Assembly: GCA_903889565.1 (NCBI GenBank) | Contig: CAISYC010000012.1 | Coordinates: forward strand, 52,626-116,625 | DNA length: 64,000 nt | Origin: an uncultured beta proteobacterium | Lineage (GTDB): Bacteria; Pseudomonadota; Gammaproteobacteria; Burkholderiales; SG8-41 | Reading direction: 5' to 3' | Translations under genes and position numbers: made by a program | The notes under the pieces: generated by a model | What the model was told of the DNA's origin: nothing | Seen by the model: the letters and a program-made list of their open reading frames with translations, nothing else | Databases searched by the model: none | Shown here: piece by piece, positions 27,160 to 36,966 of the stretch | Position numbering within the stretch: the first letter of the stretch is position 1 | Layout of the letters: the number at the start of each line of letters is the position of its first letter

Positions 27160-27186
27160 CAATTGCAGCGAGTCGGGGTATCGAGA

Positions 27187-28131
27187 ATGCGGTGGTTTTC
27201 GAAGGGTAAGAGGCAGGCCGGATGGCTGGCGCTGAACGTGGACGACGATTCTGTCGGCCTCGTGCACGTCAGGCGCGCTGTCGGCGGCAGGCCGGAGGTT
27301 GCAATGTGCGACACCTACCGCAAGGAGGGTTCGGACGTGGCAACCCTCGCGCGCCTGCGCAAGGAACTCAAGCTCGACGGCTTTCGCGGCACCACGCTGC
27401 TGAAAAGCGCGGAATTCCAGATGCACCAGGTCGAAGCCCCCGGCGTTCCCGCCGAGGAAGTGAAGACTGCAGTGCGCTGGCGCGTCAAGGACATCATCGA
27501 TTATCCACTCGATGCCGCGACGGTGGATGTGCTCGACATTCCGGTTGATCGCAACGCGCCCACCCGCAATCACTCGGTGTATGCGATCACCGCGCGCAAC
27601 AGTGCGATCGAAGCCTGTATCAAGCCCTACATGGAAGCGCAGATTCCGCTCGAAGCGATCGACATTCCGGACCTGGCCCAGCGCAATGTCGCCGCCCTGT
27701 TCGAAACCGAAGGGCGGGGTGTTGCCATGCTCGCGTTCTATCCCACCGAGGGCATACTGACGTTTACCAGCGGCGGCGAGTTGTACCTGTCGCGTCGCAT
27801 CGAGATTTCTCTTGCCCAACTGGTCGAGGCAGATGCCGAGCGCCGCGCGCAGTATTTCGAACGCATTGCACTGGAATTGCAGCGCTCGCTCGATCATTTC
27901 GACCGTCAATATCATTACGTGCCCGTGGCCAAACTGCTGCTGGCGCCGATGCCGGTGGAAACCGGATTGCAGGAATACCTTGCGGCGAACATCTACGTTC
28001 CGGTCGAGACCATTGACCTCGGTACGGTGATGGATTTTCCGGCGGTACCCGAACTCAAGCATCCGGCCCGGCAGTCGCAGTGCCTGCAGGCGATCGGCGC
28101 CGCCCTGCGCGGCGAAGAGGCGGCGGCATGA
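27187..28131 (+). CDS. MshI-like, PilM/actin-like assembly protein
   Basis: 314 aa from MRWFSKGKR...LALNVDDDSVGLVHV. Position, size and the following PilN/PilO-like genes support it. Confidence 0.65.
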   Translation: MRWFSKGKRQAGWLALNVDDDSVGLVHVRRAVGGRPEVAMCDTYRKEGSDVATLARLRKELKLDGFRGTTLLKSAEFQMHQVEAPGVPAEEVKTAVRWRVKDIIDYPLDAATVDVLDIPVDRNAPTRNHSVYAITARNSAIEACIKPYMEAQIPLEAIDIPDLAQRNVAALFETEGRGVAMLAFYPTEGILTFTSGGELYLSRRIEISLAQLVEADAERRAQYFERIALELQRSLDHFDRQYHYVPVAKLLLAPMPVETGLQEYLAANIYVPVETIDLGTVMDFPAVPELKHPARQSQCLQAIGAALRGEEAAA

Positions 28132-28925
28132 GCCAGCAGATCAACCTCTTCAATCCGCTGTTTCGAAAGAAGGGATTTTCATTTACGTCGGCGACGGCAA
28201 TGTTGTGCGGCGTGGCGGTCGTGGCGGCCTGCGCGGCGGCAGTCGCGGTTTACCAGCGGCTTGAATTGAACGGGGCCACTGCCCGCTCGCAAGCCGTCGA
28301 GCAGGCGGTCAAAGACACGACGGCGCGCTTCGACAAACTCACCGCTGATGTCGCGCAGCAAAAGCCGAATGCGGAACTCGAGGCCGAGGTGGCGAAGACC
28401 GAATTGCAGCTCAAGGGCCGCCAGGAAATCATGGAAACATTGAAAAGCGGAACGATCGGCAACACCGACGGATTTTCCGAATTCATGCGCGCGTTTTCGC
28501 GGCAAAGCGTCAATGGACTGTGGATGACCGGATTCGATCTCGCGCGCGGCGGCAATGAGCTCGCGATTCAGGGCAGGACGCTCACGGCTGATCTCGTCGC
28601 CACCTACATCAACCAGCTGAACCGTGAAAAATCGCTGCAGGGCATGCAGTTTTCGGCCCTGCGCATCCGCCAGCCGGCGGCCGATCCGGCCGACGCGACC
28701 AAAGGGGCCGCGGACAGCAAGGGCGATGCGCCGGCTCAGGTCCAGAAAGAAGCGAAAGGCGCGCCGTCGGGTTATCTCGAATTTACCGTGTCGACGGGTG
28801 TGATTGCCGACGACGCTGCGCAGCCGGGCAAACCGGCGCAGGCGCGCGGCCTGTTGCCGGCGGTGAGCGAGCAAAATGCGAATGACGGCGGCAGGCCTGC
28901 CGTTCGCCGGGAGGCAGCGCGGTGA
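28128..28925 (+). CDS. PilN-like (MshI C-terminal-half-like) bitopic assembly protein
   Basis: MSQQINLFNPLFRKKGFSF, then a transmembrane segment and a coiled coil, as in PilN/GspL-C proteins. ATGA overlap with the upstream gene. Confidence 0.65.
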   Translation: MSQQINLFNPLFRKKGFSFTSATAMLCGVAVVAACAAAVAVYQRLELNGATARSQAVEQAVKDTTARFDKLTADVAQQKPNAELEAEVAKTELQLKGRQEIMETLKSGTIGNTDGFSEFMRAFSRQSVNGLWMTGFDLARGGNELAIQGRTLTADLVATYINQLNREKSLQGMQFSALRIRQPAADPADATKGAADSKGDAPAQVQKEAKGAPSGYLEFTVSTGVIADDAAQPGKPAQARGLLPAVSEQNANDGGRPAVRREAAR

Positions 28926-29584
28926 AAGAGTTGTGGCGCAAATACGCTGAAAAAATCGACGCCTTGCCCGAACGCTCGCGCGTGATGGTGTTTGTGGCGG
29001 CGGTGGCGGTGACCGTGTTCGTGATCAATGCGTTGTTCATCGAACCGGCGGTTTCGCGCAGCAAAGCCCTGCGCATGCAGGCTGCGCAGCAAAGCGCGAC
29101 CCTGGCCAGGCTGGAACCGCAGATTCAGGCGCTGGAGAAACGGCTGGCCGATCCGGATGCTGCCGCGATGGCGCACCGCGATGACGTCAAGCGCCAGATT
29201 GCCGAGATCGACGAAGCGTTGAAGGGCATGCAGCAGACGCTGGTCGCCGCCGAGAGCATGAAATCGCTGTTGCAGGACGTGCTGGCGCGCAGCCCGCGCC
29301 TGCAACTGGTGGCTTTGAAAACGCTGCCGGTTGCGCCGCTGGTGGACCGGGCGGCCACCGACAAAACCGCCGCGCCGGTCACTGGCGGCGTCTACAAGCA
29401 CGGCGTCGAGATCACGGTTCAGGGCAGTTATTCGGACATTCACGACTATTTGTCGCGCCTCGAAAAACTCAACTGGCGCATGTTCTGGTCGCGCGCCACC
29501 CTGAATGCGGACGACTATCCGCGATTGACGGTGACGGTGACAATCTACACGCTGAGCACGGACAAGGCATGGCTGGTGATATGA
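28922..29584 (+). CDS. mshJ: MshJ-like (PilO-like) assembly protein
   Basis: GTG start overlapping the upstream stop. N-terminal transmembrane segment, coiled coil, 220 aa. Confidence 0.65.
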   Translation: MKELWRKYAEKIDALPERSRVMVFVAAVAVTVFVINALFIEPAVSRSKALRMQAAQQSATLARLEPQIQALEKRLADPDAAAMAHRDDVKRQIAEIDEALKGMQQTLVAAESMKSLLQDVLARSPRLQLVALKTLPVAPLVDRAATDKTAAPVTGGVYKHGVEITVQGSYSDIHDYLSRLEKLNWRMFWSRATLNADDYPRLTVTVTIYTLSTDKAWLVI

Positions 29585-30003
29585 AAAGCGCCCAATCAAT
29601 GCGATTGACGGGAGCGGGGCTGCTTGTGGCCTGCGCGCTAGCGGCGACGCCTGCGTTGGCGCAGTTGAGCGATCCGACGCGGCCGCCCGGCGCGGCGGCC
29701 GGCGGCGATGCTGCGGCGACGGGTGCGGGAGCCCAGTTGCAGAGCGTGAGGATTTCCGGCAGCGAGCGATCGGCTATGATCAACGGCGAGACGGTCAAAC
29801 TCAACGGCAAGTACGGCGAGGCGCGGGTCATCCGCATTACCGAGAGCGAAGTGGTGCTGCGCAGCGCTACCGGCACCGAGACGCTCCACATGTATCCCGA
29901 TATCAGCATGCAGCCGGTGGTCGCGCCGGCGCCAGTCACCGCAAAGAAACCCGCAGCGCGCGCGCACAAAGCGCCCGCCAAACAGCAAGGAAAGCAGGAA
30001 TGA
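29581..30003 (+). CDS. mshK: MshK-like small periplasmic protein
   Basis: Signal peptide ending ALA|Q. C-terminal INGETVKLNGKYGEARVIRITESEVVL motif, typical of MshK/PilP-like proteins preceding the secretin. Confidence 0.6.
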   Translation: MKSAQSMRLTGAGLLVACALAATPALAQLSDPTRPPGAAAGGDAAATGAGAQLQSVRISGSERSAMINGETVKLNGKYGEARVIRITESEVVLRSATGTETLHMYPDISMQPVVAPAPVTAKKPAARAHKAPAKQQGKQE

Positions 30004-31778
30004 AGATATTTTCGCTCTTAGTGATGGTGCTGCTCTGCCTGACTGCCTGTCAATCGCGGCAGATCAAGAACGGCGTTGTGCAGGACCGGATGGAGGCGGA
30101 TCTCCAGGCGGCGGCGTCCCGGCTGGCGGTGAAGCCCGGCGTGCCGGATGCGGTGACGCAGGCGCTGCTGCCGCCGATGACGGTCGAGATGCCGCGCGCG
30201 GGCGCTGCCGAGGAAGCGCGGTTCGATTTGACCGTTAACAATGCTCCGGCCAATCAGGTGTTCATGGCGCTGGTTTCCGGCACCCGTTTCAGCATGCTGG
30301 TGCATCCCGACATCAAGGAAACGATCTCGGTCAATCTCAAGAGCGTCACCATCAACGAGGCGCTGGAATCGATTCGCGAGCTGTACGGTTACGAATACAA
30401 GGTGCAGGGCACGCGCATCTATGTGCAGCCGATCACCATTCAGACCCGCCTGTTCCAGGTCAACTATCTGGCCGGACGGCGTGTCGGTCGCGCCGACGTG
30501 CGGGTCACCTCCGGCTCGATCCAGACTTCGTCCGGCTTTGCGCCGCAGATCCCGCAAGCCGGGGGCGTCGCCGGTACCACGACGGCGCCGGTGGCCGGCA
30601 CCGGCGGCGCGGTCGCGCAGGCCGTCGAGAGCAGCCGCGTGACGACGACAACGGACGCCGATTACTGGAAAGACCTCACCGATTCCATTACGGCCATCAT
30701 CGGCAACGGGGAAGGGCGCAGCGTCGTCGTCAACTCTATCGCCGGCGTGATCATGGTGCGCGCGCTGCCGTCGGAGCTGCGCACCGTCCAGCAGTATCTG
30801 CAGGCGATGTCGCTGGTCATCGACCGGCAGGTGATGCTGGAAGCGAAAATCATCAACGTGTCGCTGAGCGATCAAACTTCGAGCGGCATCAACTGGGCAG
30901 CGTTCAAGGGCAATTTCGCCGGCGGCGTGGTGCAGCCCGGCACGACGCTCTCCAACAACGGTGTGTTATCTGCATTCACCGCGCTCGCCGCCGATGGCAC
31001 GCCGCTGCAGAATTCGAATATCCAGGCGTTGCCGGGCGCGGTGGCCGGCCTTGCCTCCGGAACGAATGTCCCCGGTTCGGTGTTCGGGCTCGCTTTTCAG
31101 TCGAGCACTTTCGCCACACTGCTGAACTTCCTCGAATCGCAGGGCACGGTGCACGTGCTGTCGAGTCCGCGCATCGCGACGATCAATAACCAGAAGGCGG
31201 TGATCAAGGTCGGCACCGACGAATTTTTCGTCACCAATGTGACGACCACCACGACCTCGACCGGCACCACCAGCACGGTGTCACCGACGATCACGACGCA
31301 GCCGTTCTTTTCCGGCATCGCGCTCGACGTTACGCCGCAGATCTCGGAGGACGACCAGATCACCTTGCACATCCACCCGTCGGTGAGCGCGGTGACCGAC
31401 AAGACCAAGACCTTGAACCTCGGCTCGCTCGGCACGTTTACGCTGCCGCTCGCTTCTAGCAACGTCAACGAAAGCGACACCATCGTGCGTGTGCAGGACG
31501 GCACCATTGCGGCGATCGGCGGCCTGATGTCGCAGCAGCAGACCAACGCCAATTCCGGTCTGCCCGGCACCACCGACTCGCCGGTTTTCGGCAGCATTTT
31601 CGGCAGCCGCAACCAGCAACTGACCAAAAGCGAACTGGTGATCCTGCTCAAGGTCACGGTGATCAAGGGCGAAAACGCGTGGCAGCAGCAGGCGCAGGAA
31701 ATCGACGATCGCGTCAAGGCGCTGCGCCGGCCGGCGCCGCCCGCAGCCGCTGCCGCAGCGGCCAAACCAAAACCCTGA
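30000..31778 (+). CDS. mshL: MshL secretin (GspD/PilQ superfamily) with lipoprotein signal
   Basis: Lipobox LLCLTAC. Secretin core (SPRIATINNQKAVIKVGTDEFFV...GLPG....PVFGSIFG....TKSELVILLKVTVI). Confidence 0.85.
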   Translation: MKIFSLLVMVLLCLTACQSRQIKNGVVQDRMEADLQAAASRLAVKPGVPDAVTQALLPPMTVEMPRAGAAEEARFDLTVNNAPANQVFMALVSGTRFSMLVHPDIKETISVNLKSVTINEALESIRELYGYEYKVQGTRIYVQPITIQTRLFQVNYLAGRRVGRADVRVTSGSIQTSSGFAPQIPQAGGVAGTTTAPVAGTGGAVAQAVESSRVTTTTDADYWKDLTDSITAIIGNGEGRSVVVNSIAGVIMVRALPSELRTVQQYLQAMSLVIDRQVMLEAKIINVSLSDQTSSGINWAAFKGNFAGGVVQPGTTLSNNGVLSAFTALAADGTPLQNSNIQALPGAVAGLASGTNVPGSVFGLAFQSSTFATLLNFLESQGTVHVLSSPRIATINNQKAVIKVGTDEFFVTNVTTTTTSTGTTSTVSPTITTQPFFSGIALDVTPQISEDDQITLHIHPSVSAVTDKTKTLNLGSLGTFTLPLASSNVNESDTIVRVQDGTIAAIGGLMSQQQTNANSGLPGTTDSPVFGSIFGSRNQQLTKSELVILLKVTVIKGENAWQQQAQEIDDRVKALRRPAPPAAAAAAAKPKP

Positions 31779-31835
31779 CTTGGAGTGCGGCGCCGACTGT
31801 GACATGATCGCAAGTCACCCACGCGGCCCGCGCCC

Positions 31836-32726
31836 ATGTATCAGTCCCATTTCGGCCTCCAGGAACTGCCCTTCGGCATCACGCCGGACACCAGCTTCGC
31901 CTATGCCTGCGCCAGCCATCAGGAAGCCCTCAATACGCTGCTGGTGGCGGTCAAGAACGGCGAGGGCTTTATCAAGATCACCGGCGAGGTCGGCACCGGC
32001 AAGACGTTGCTGTGCCGCAAGTTTCTCGCCACCCTCGACGACAGCTTTGTGTCGGCCTACATTCCGAATCCCTATCTTGAGCCGCGCACCCTGCTGCTCG
32101 CGCTGGCCGGCGAACTCGGCGTCGATCTCGCGCATGAAACCGATCAGCATCATCTGATCAAGGGTCTGACGCAGGCGCTGCTCGGTTTTGCGACGCAGAA
32201 CAAATCGGTCGTGCTGTGCCTCGACGAGGCGCAGGCGATGCCGCTGGAAAGTCTGGAAGCGCTGCGCCTCTTGACCAATCTGGAAACCGAAAAACGCAAA
32301 CTGCTGCAGGTGGTGCTGTTCGGCCAGCCGGAGCTCGACGACAAACTCTCGCAGGAATCGGTGCGCCAGTTGCGCCAGCGCATCACCTTCCAGTACCGCC
32401 TCGGCGAACTCGACCGCAACGAACTCGATTACTATCTCGCGCACCGCCTGCGCGTTGCCGGATATCACGGCAACCGCCTGTTTGCCGAACCGGCGGTGCG
32501 CGCGCTGCATCGCGCCAGCGGCGGCATCCCGCGATTGGTCAACGTAATCGCGCACAAGGCGATGCTGCTTGCCTTCGGCGAGGGACTGCCGCAGGTGCTG
32601 CCGCATCATGTGCGCGCTGCCGCCAGCGATACGCCGGCAGCGCGGCGGCGGCACTGGTGGTGGTTCGGCGTGGCGGCGATGCTGCTCGCCTCGGCCGGCG
32701 GCGCCGGCTGGATGATGTTCAAATAA
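31836..32726 (+). CDS. mshM: MshM, ExeA-like AAA ATPase
   Basis: MYQSHFGLQELPFGITPD, Walker A GEVGTGKT, Walker B VVLCLDEAQ. Confidence 0.82.
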   Translation: MYQSHFGLQELPFGITPDTSFAYACASHQEALNTLLVAVKNGEGFIKITGEVGTGKTLLCRKFLATLDDSFVSAYIPNPYLEPRTLLLALAGELGVDLAHETDQHHLIKGLTQALLGFATQNKSVVLCLDEAQAMPLESLEALRLLTNLETEKRKLLQVVLFGQPELDDKLSQESVRQLRQRITFQYRLGELDRNELDYYLAHRLRVAGYHGNRLFAEPAVRALHRASGGIPRLVNVIAHKAMLLAFGEGLPQVLPHHVRAAASDTPAARRRHWWWFGVAAMLLASAGGAGWMMFK

Positions 32727-32742
32727 TCGAGATGCGCGGCGC

Positions 32743-33903
32743 ATGAGTCTGATCAATCAAATGTTGCAGGACCTCGAGAAACGCCGCGCTTCGGCGGTGG
32801 AGCGCGGCGCTTTGCCCAATCAGGTGCGGGTGCTGCCGCAGGCGGCAAAATCGAACCTGCGCTGGTGGCTCGTCGCCGCCGCTGCCTTGATCGCGATCGG
32901 CGCGGCCTGGCAAATCGGCGCGCCGCGCCTGAAGAGCTCCGGCGGCGCGTCCGCGGGCGACGGCGTCGCCGTCGATGCCAATGAAAAATATCTGGAGGGG
33001 CCGGCCTCGCGCCTCGCGCTCGATCTGGCCAAGGTGCCGCCGTCGAAGCCGGCGCTGCCGCGATCTGCGGGCGGCGCAGAGCCCTCGCGCGCATCGGCGC
33101 CCGCCGCCGCGCCGCCGCTGAGCACTGCGTCGGTCGTCGGCGCGGAACCGCCGGCGGCAACCGTCAGAGCGGCTGTCGTTGCCGCCGATAACAAATCCGC
33201 TGCGCCACCGGTCGCCTCCGCATTGCTGCCGCCGGCGCCGGGCAAACCGCGCGTAATCGAATTGAATGCCGACAGCAAGGTACAGACCGCGCTGGCCAAT
33301 TCGCAAATCGATAAGCACATGCAGCAGTTGACGCCGGTGCAGCAGGCGGAAAACGAATATCGCGAAGCCGCCGCGCTGCTCAATCAGGGGCGACTCGCCG
33401 AGGCGCAGGAGGGCTTTCGTCTGGCTTTGCAGCATAACCCCGCACACAGCGGCGCCCGCCAGGGCCTGTTCGGTCTGCTGATCGATGCCAAGCGCAGCGG
33501 CGAAGCGGAACAGGTGCTCAAGGATGGTTTGAAACTGAACCCGAACCAGCCGGGGTTCGCCAGGGCGCTCGCGGGGCTGCAGCTTGATCGCAGTGATGCC
33601 GCCGACGCGATTGAAACATTGCAGGGTTCCGCGGCGGCTGCGCAGAACAGCCCCGATTATCTGGCGTTCTATGCGGCGCTGTTGCAGCGGCAGTCGCGTC
33701 ATCGCGAGGCCGTCGAACAGTATCAGGCCGCGTTGCGGCTGGCGCCCCAATCGGGCGTGTGGCTGATGGGGCTCGGCATTTCGTTGCAGGCGCTCGAGCG
33801 CAATGCCGACGCGCAGGAAGCCTTCCGCCGCGCGAAGGCAAGCAATACGCTCAACCCTGAATTGCAGGCTTTCGTCGATCAGCGACTGCGCCAGTTGCAG
33901 TAG
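32743..33903 (+). CDS. mshN: MshN, TPR-repeat pilus biogenesis protein
   Basis: MSLINQMLQDLEKRR N-terminus, transmembrane segment, Ala/Pro-rich linker and C-terminal TPR repeats. Confidence 0.75.
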   Translation: MSLINQMLQDLEKRRASAVERGALPNQVRVLPQAAKSNLRWWLVAAAALIAIGAAWQIGAPRLKSSGGASAGDGVAVDANEKYLEGPASRLALDLAKVPPSKPALPRSAGGAEPSRASAPAAAPPLSTASVVGAEPPAATVRAAVVAADNKSAAPPVASALLPPAPGKPRVIELNADSKVQTALANSQIDKHMQQLTPVQQAENEYREAAALLNQGRLAEAQEGFRLALQHNPAHSGARQGLFGLLIDAKRSGEAEQVLKDGLKLNPNQPGFARALAGLQLDRSDAADAIETLQGSAAAAQNSPDYLAFYAALLQRQSRHREAVEQYQAALRLAPQSGVWLMGLGISLQALERNADAQEAFRRAKASNTLNPELQAFVDQRLRQLQ

Positions 33904-33964
33904 GTAAAACCGGATTGAGAATCAAGCGAACCGATTGAATCGCGCTGGCGCTGGCTGCAAATTC

Positions 33965-34687
33965 TCAATTCTGCTTCAACGTCCGCGCCACCATCCAGCC
34001 ATGCACTTCGCGCGCGCCCGTCTTGCGCAGCGTGGGCGCGAGTTCGTGCAGCGTCGCGCCGGTGGTGATCACATCGTCTACAACCGCAACGCGCAGGCCC
34101 GATAAATCGGCATCGCAGACAAACGCGCCGCGAATGTTTTTCGCGCGCTGACGCCACGGCAACGTGGCCTGTGGCGCGCCATCGATCACGCGGCGACAGG
34201 CCTGCGCGGCGAGCGCGGTGCCGGTGGCGGCCGCCGCATGGCGTGCCAGTTCAAGCGCCTGATTGAAGCCGCGTTCGCGCAGCCGCAGGGGGCCGAGCGG
34301 CATCGGTATGACGAGATCGACCGGATCGCGGATGGCGCTGCACAGCGCATCCGCGAGCAGACCGGTCAGTGCCAGATTGCCCGCGTATTTGAATTGACGG
34401 ATCAACGGTGCCAGCGGCCACCCATAACTGAATGCCGCGCTGACCCGCGTAAAGGCCGGCGGGTCGGCGAGACAGTTGCCGCAGATTTCACCCTGCGGGT
34501 TGGGCAGCGCGCATTGCGGGTAGCGCAAACCGGACAGACGCGGCAACTGCGCGTGGCAGGCGTCGCAGAGCGCGCGCACGGGCGCTGCAGCCGTACACAG
34601 CAGACAGCGTTGCGGCAGCATTAGCTGATTAAAGTATAGGCAGCCGTCAATTAGCCGGCGATATGTGTTTGACAACGATGCGGCCAT
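33965..34687 (-). CDS. comF: ComF family protein (phosphoribosyltransferase domain)
   Basis: CxxC pairs (CLLC..CDAC; CALP..CGNC) and a C-terminal PRT motif VAVVDDVITTGATL. Start at M24 of the track ORF (34687); 34621 is an alternative. Confidence 0.75.
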   Translation of the reverse strand: MAASLSNTYRRLIDGCLYFNQLMLPQRCLLCTAAAPVRALCDACHAQLPRLSGLRYPQCALPNPQGEICGNCLADPPAFTRVSAAFSYGWPLAPLIRQFKYAGNLALTGLLADALCSAIRDPVDLVIPMPLGPLRLRERGFNQALELARHAAAATGTALAAQACRRVIDGAPQATLPWRQRAKNIRGAFVCDADLSGLRVAVVDDVITTGATLHELAPTLRKTGAREVHGWMVARTLKQN

Positions 34688-34749
34688 GTCTGATGATGCG
34701 AAGCGCATGATCTGAATACGTTTTCGTCGCCTACCGCCGTTTTTTTCGG

Positions 34750-35757
34750 ATGCCATTCATGGATACCATTAGCCCTAACGCGGCGGCAACGCCCGCGGCC
34801 GACACGGCGTCTGCCGCGCGCTGGACGGTCGATCAGGTCGAAGCCCTGTTCGAACTGCCGTTCAACGATCTGATGTTCAGGGCGCATAGCGTGCATCGCA
34901 CGCATTTCGATCCGAACGCGGTGCAGCTGTCGACCCTGCTGTCGATCAAAACCGGCGGCTGCCCCGAGGACTGCGGTTATTGTCCGCAGGCGGCGCGTTA
35001 TCACACTGATGTCGCCAACGAAGACATGCTGGCGGTCGATGAAGTGGTTGCGGCCGCACGCGCGGCGCGCGACAACGGCGCGACCCGTTTTTGCATGGGC
35101 GCGGCGTGGCGCGGACCCAAGCAGCGCGATCTCGAGCGCGTGCTCGGCATGGTCAAGGCGGTGCGCGAACTCGGCATGGAAACCTGCGCCACGCTCGGCA
35201 TGCTCAAAGAAGGGCAGGCCGAGCAGTTGAAAGAAGCAGGGCTCGATTACTACAACCACAACCTCGATACCGCGCCCGAGTTCTACGGCAACATCATCTC
35301 GACGCGCACGCAGGACGATCGCCACGACACGCTCGACAAGGTGCGTGCCGCCGGCATCAATGTCTGTTGCGGCGGCATTGTGGGCATGGGCGAATCGCGC
35401 CGCACGCGCGCCGCACTGATCGTCGAAATCGCCAATCTGGATCCTTATCCGGAAAGCGTGCCGATCAACAATCTCGTGCAGGTCGAAGGCACGCCGCTGC
35501 ACGGCACTGCGGTGCTCGACCCGCTCGAATTCGTGCGCACCATCGCCTGCGCGCGCATCACCATGCCCAAAGCCATGGTGCGCCTGTCGGCCGGACGGCA
35601 GGACATGTCCGAGGGCATCCAGGCGCTGTGTTTTTTTGCCGGCGCCAATTCGATTTTTTACGGCGACAAACTGCTCACCACCGGCAATCCGGAGGCGCAG
35701 CGCGACCGCGCATTGATGGAGCGCCTCGGCCTTCACGCGATGGGCAGCGGGTCCTGA
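34750..35757 (+). CDS. bioB: Biotin synthase
   Basis: Radical [13 protein letters not shown], plus YNHNLDT and GGIVGMGE motifs. Confidence 0.93.
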   Translation: MPFMDTISPNAAATPAADTASAARWTVDQVEALFELPFNDLMFRAHSVHRTHFDPNAVQLSTLLSIKTGGCPEDCGYCPQAARYHTDVANEDMLAVDEVVAAARAARDNGATRFCMGAAWRGPKQRDLERVLGMVKAVRELGMETCATLGMLKEGQAEQLKEAGLDYYNHNLDTAPEFYGNIISTRTQDDRHDTLDKVRAAGINVCCGGIVGMGESRRTRAALIVEIANLDPYPESVPINNLVQVEGTPLHGTAVLDPLEFVRTIACARITMPKAMVRLSAGRQDMSEGIQALCFFAGANSIFYGDKLLTTGNPEAQRDRALMERLGLHAMGSGS

Positions 35758-35760
35758 TCG

Positions 35761-36966
35761 ATGCGGCGTGACGAGGCCGGCGCGGACAGCGGCAGTTCCG
35801 CGCATGCACCGGCCGCCGTGTTCGAAGCGGAAATCGCCGCGCTCGAGGCGCAGGGCCTGCGCCGTCATCGCCGCGTGTTGCAATCGCCGCAGCAACCGCT
35901 GGCGCGCGTCGATGGGTGCGAGGTGGTCGCGTTTTGCAGCAACGACTATCTCGGGCTGGCGGCCGATCCGCGCGTGCAGGCGGCGACGATCGAAGGCGCC
36001 GGCTTGTATGGCGTCGGCGGCGGAGCCTCCCATCTGATTCTCGGTCACGGCACCGCGCATCACGCGCTCGAGGCGGCGCTGGCGAAGTTTGTGTCGCTGC
36101 CGCGCGCGTTGTTGTTCTCAACCGGCTACATGGCCAATCTCGGCATAGTGACGGCACTGGTCGGACGCGGCGACGCAGTGTTTGCCGACCGTCTCAATCA
36201 CGCCTCGCTCAATGACGCCGCGCAGTTGTCGCGCGCCGAATTCAACCGCTATGCGCACGGGGATCTCGCTGCGTTGGAGCGCCTGCTGGCGGCGAGTGAC
36301 GCCGCGCGCAAGTTGGTGATCACCGATGCGGTGTTCAGCATGGACGGCGATATCGCGCCGGTGCCGGCATTGCTCGCGCTGTGCGAACGCTACGATGCCT
36401 GGCTGCTGCTCGACGATGCGCACGGTTTTGGCGTGCTGGGTGCCGATGGTGCCGGTGTGTTGCAGCATTTCGGCATGGCGTCGGAGCGCATCATTTACAT
36501 GGCGACACTCGGCAAAGCGGCGGGTGTGTTCGGCGCCTTTGTCGCCGCTGATGAAAGCGTCATCGAATGGCTGGTGCAACGCGCGCGTCCGTATATCTAC
36601 ACGACGGCGATGCCGCCAATGCTTGCGCACGCCGTGCTCAAAAGCCTTGAAATTATCGGCGGCGAAGTCGAGCGCCGCGCGCGGCTGGCCGCCTTGATCG
36701 AACAACTCAAAGGCGCGGTCGCCGGTTTGCGCTGGCAACTCCTGCCCTCGGCAACGGCGATCCAGCCGCTGATGATAGGCGACACGGTTGAAGCGGTGCG
36801 TGTCTCTGACGCGCTGGCGGCGCGCGGCCTGCTGGTGCCGGCGATTCGTCCGCCGACGGTGCCGGTCGGCACTGCGCGCCTGCGCATTTCATTGAGTGCG
36901 GCGCACGAGCCGCGCCATATCGAACAACTCGCGCAGGCACTGCATGAAACCGGCGCTGGGACATGA
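35761..36966 (+). CDS. bioF: 8-amino-7-oxononanoate synthase
   Basis: CSNDYLGL, DRLNHASL, DDAHGFGVLG and TLGKA (PLP lysine). Confidence 0.9.
   Translation: MRRDEAGADSGSSAHAPAAVFEAEIAALEAQGLRRHRRVLQSPQQPLARVDGCEVVAFCSNDYLGLAADPRVQAATIEGAGLYGVGGGASHLILGHGTAHHALEAALAKFVSLPRALLFSTGYMANLGIVTALVGRGDAVFADRLNHASLNDAAQLSRAEFNRYAHGDLAALERLLAASDAARKLVITDAVFSMDGDIAPVPALLALCERYDAWLLLDDAHGFGVLGADGAGVLQHFGMASERIIYMATLGKAAGVFGAFVAADESVIEWLVQRARPYIYTTAMPPMLAHAVLKSLEIIGGEVERRARLAALIEQLKGAVAGLRWQLLPSATAIQPLMIGDTVEAVRVSDALAARGLLVPAIRPPTVPVGTARLRISLSAAHEPRHIEQLAQALHETGAGT

Noticed and set aside
34620-34750. Search for a BirA/bioO-type operator in the comF-bioB divergent region. Also noted that the bioBFHCD operon lacks bioA.
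   Set aside because: No TGTAAAC-type inverted repeat is visible; only a short direct ATTAGC repeat. A bioBFHCD operon with bioA elsewhere is a known arrangement (for example in pseudomonads), so it is not unusual.
34651-36063. 470-aa minus-strand ORF opposite bioB and bioF.
   Set aside because: Antisense shadow ORF. The bio genes on the plus strand are unambiguous.
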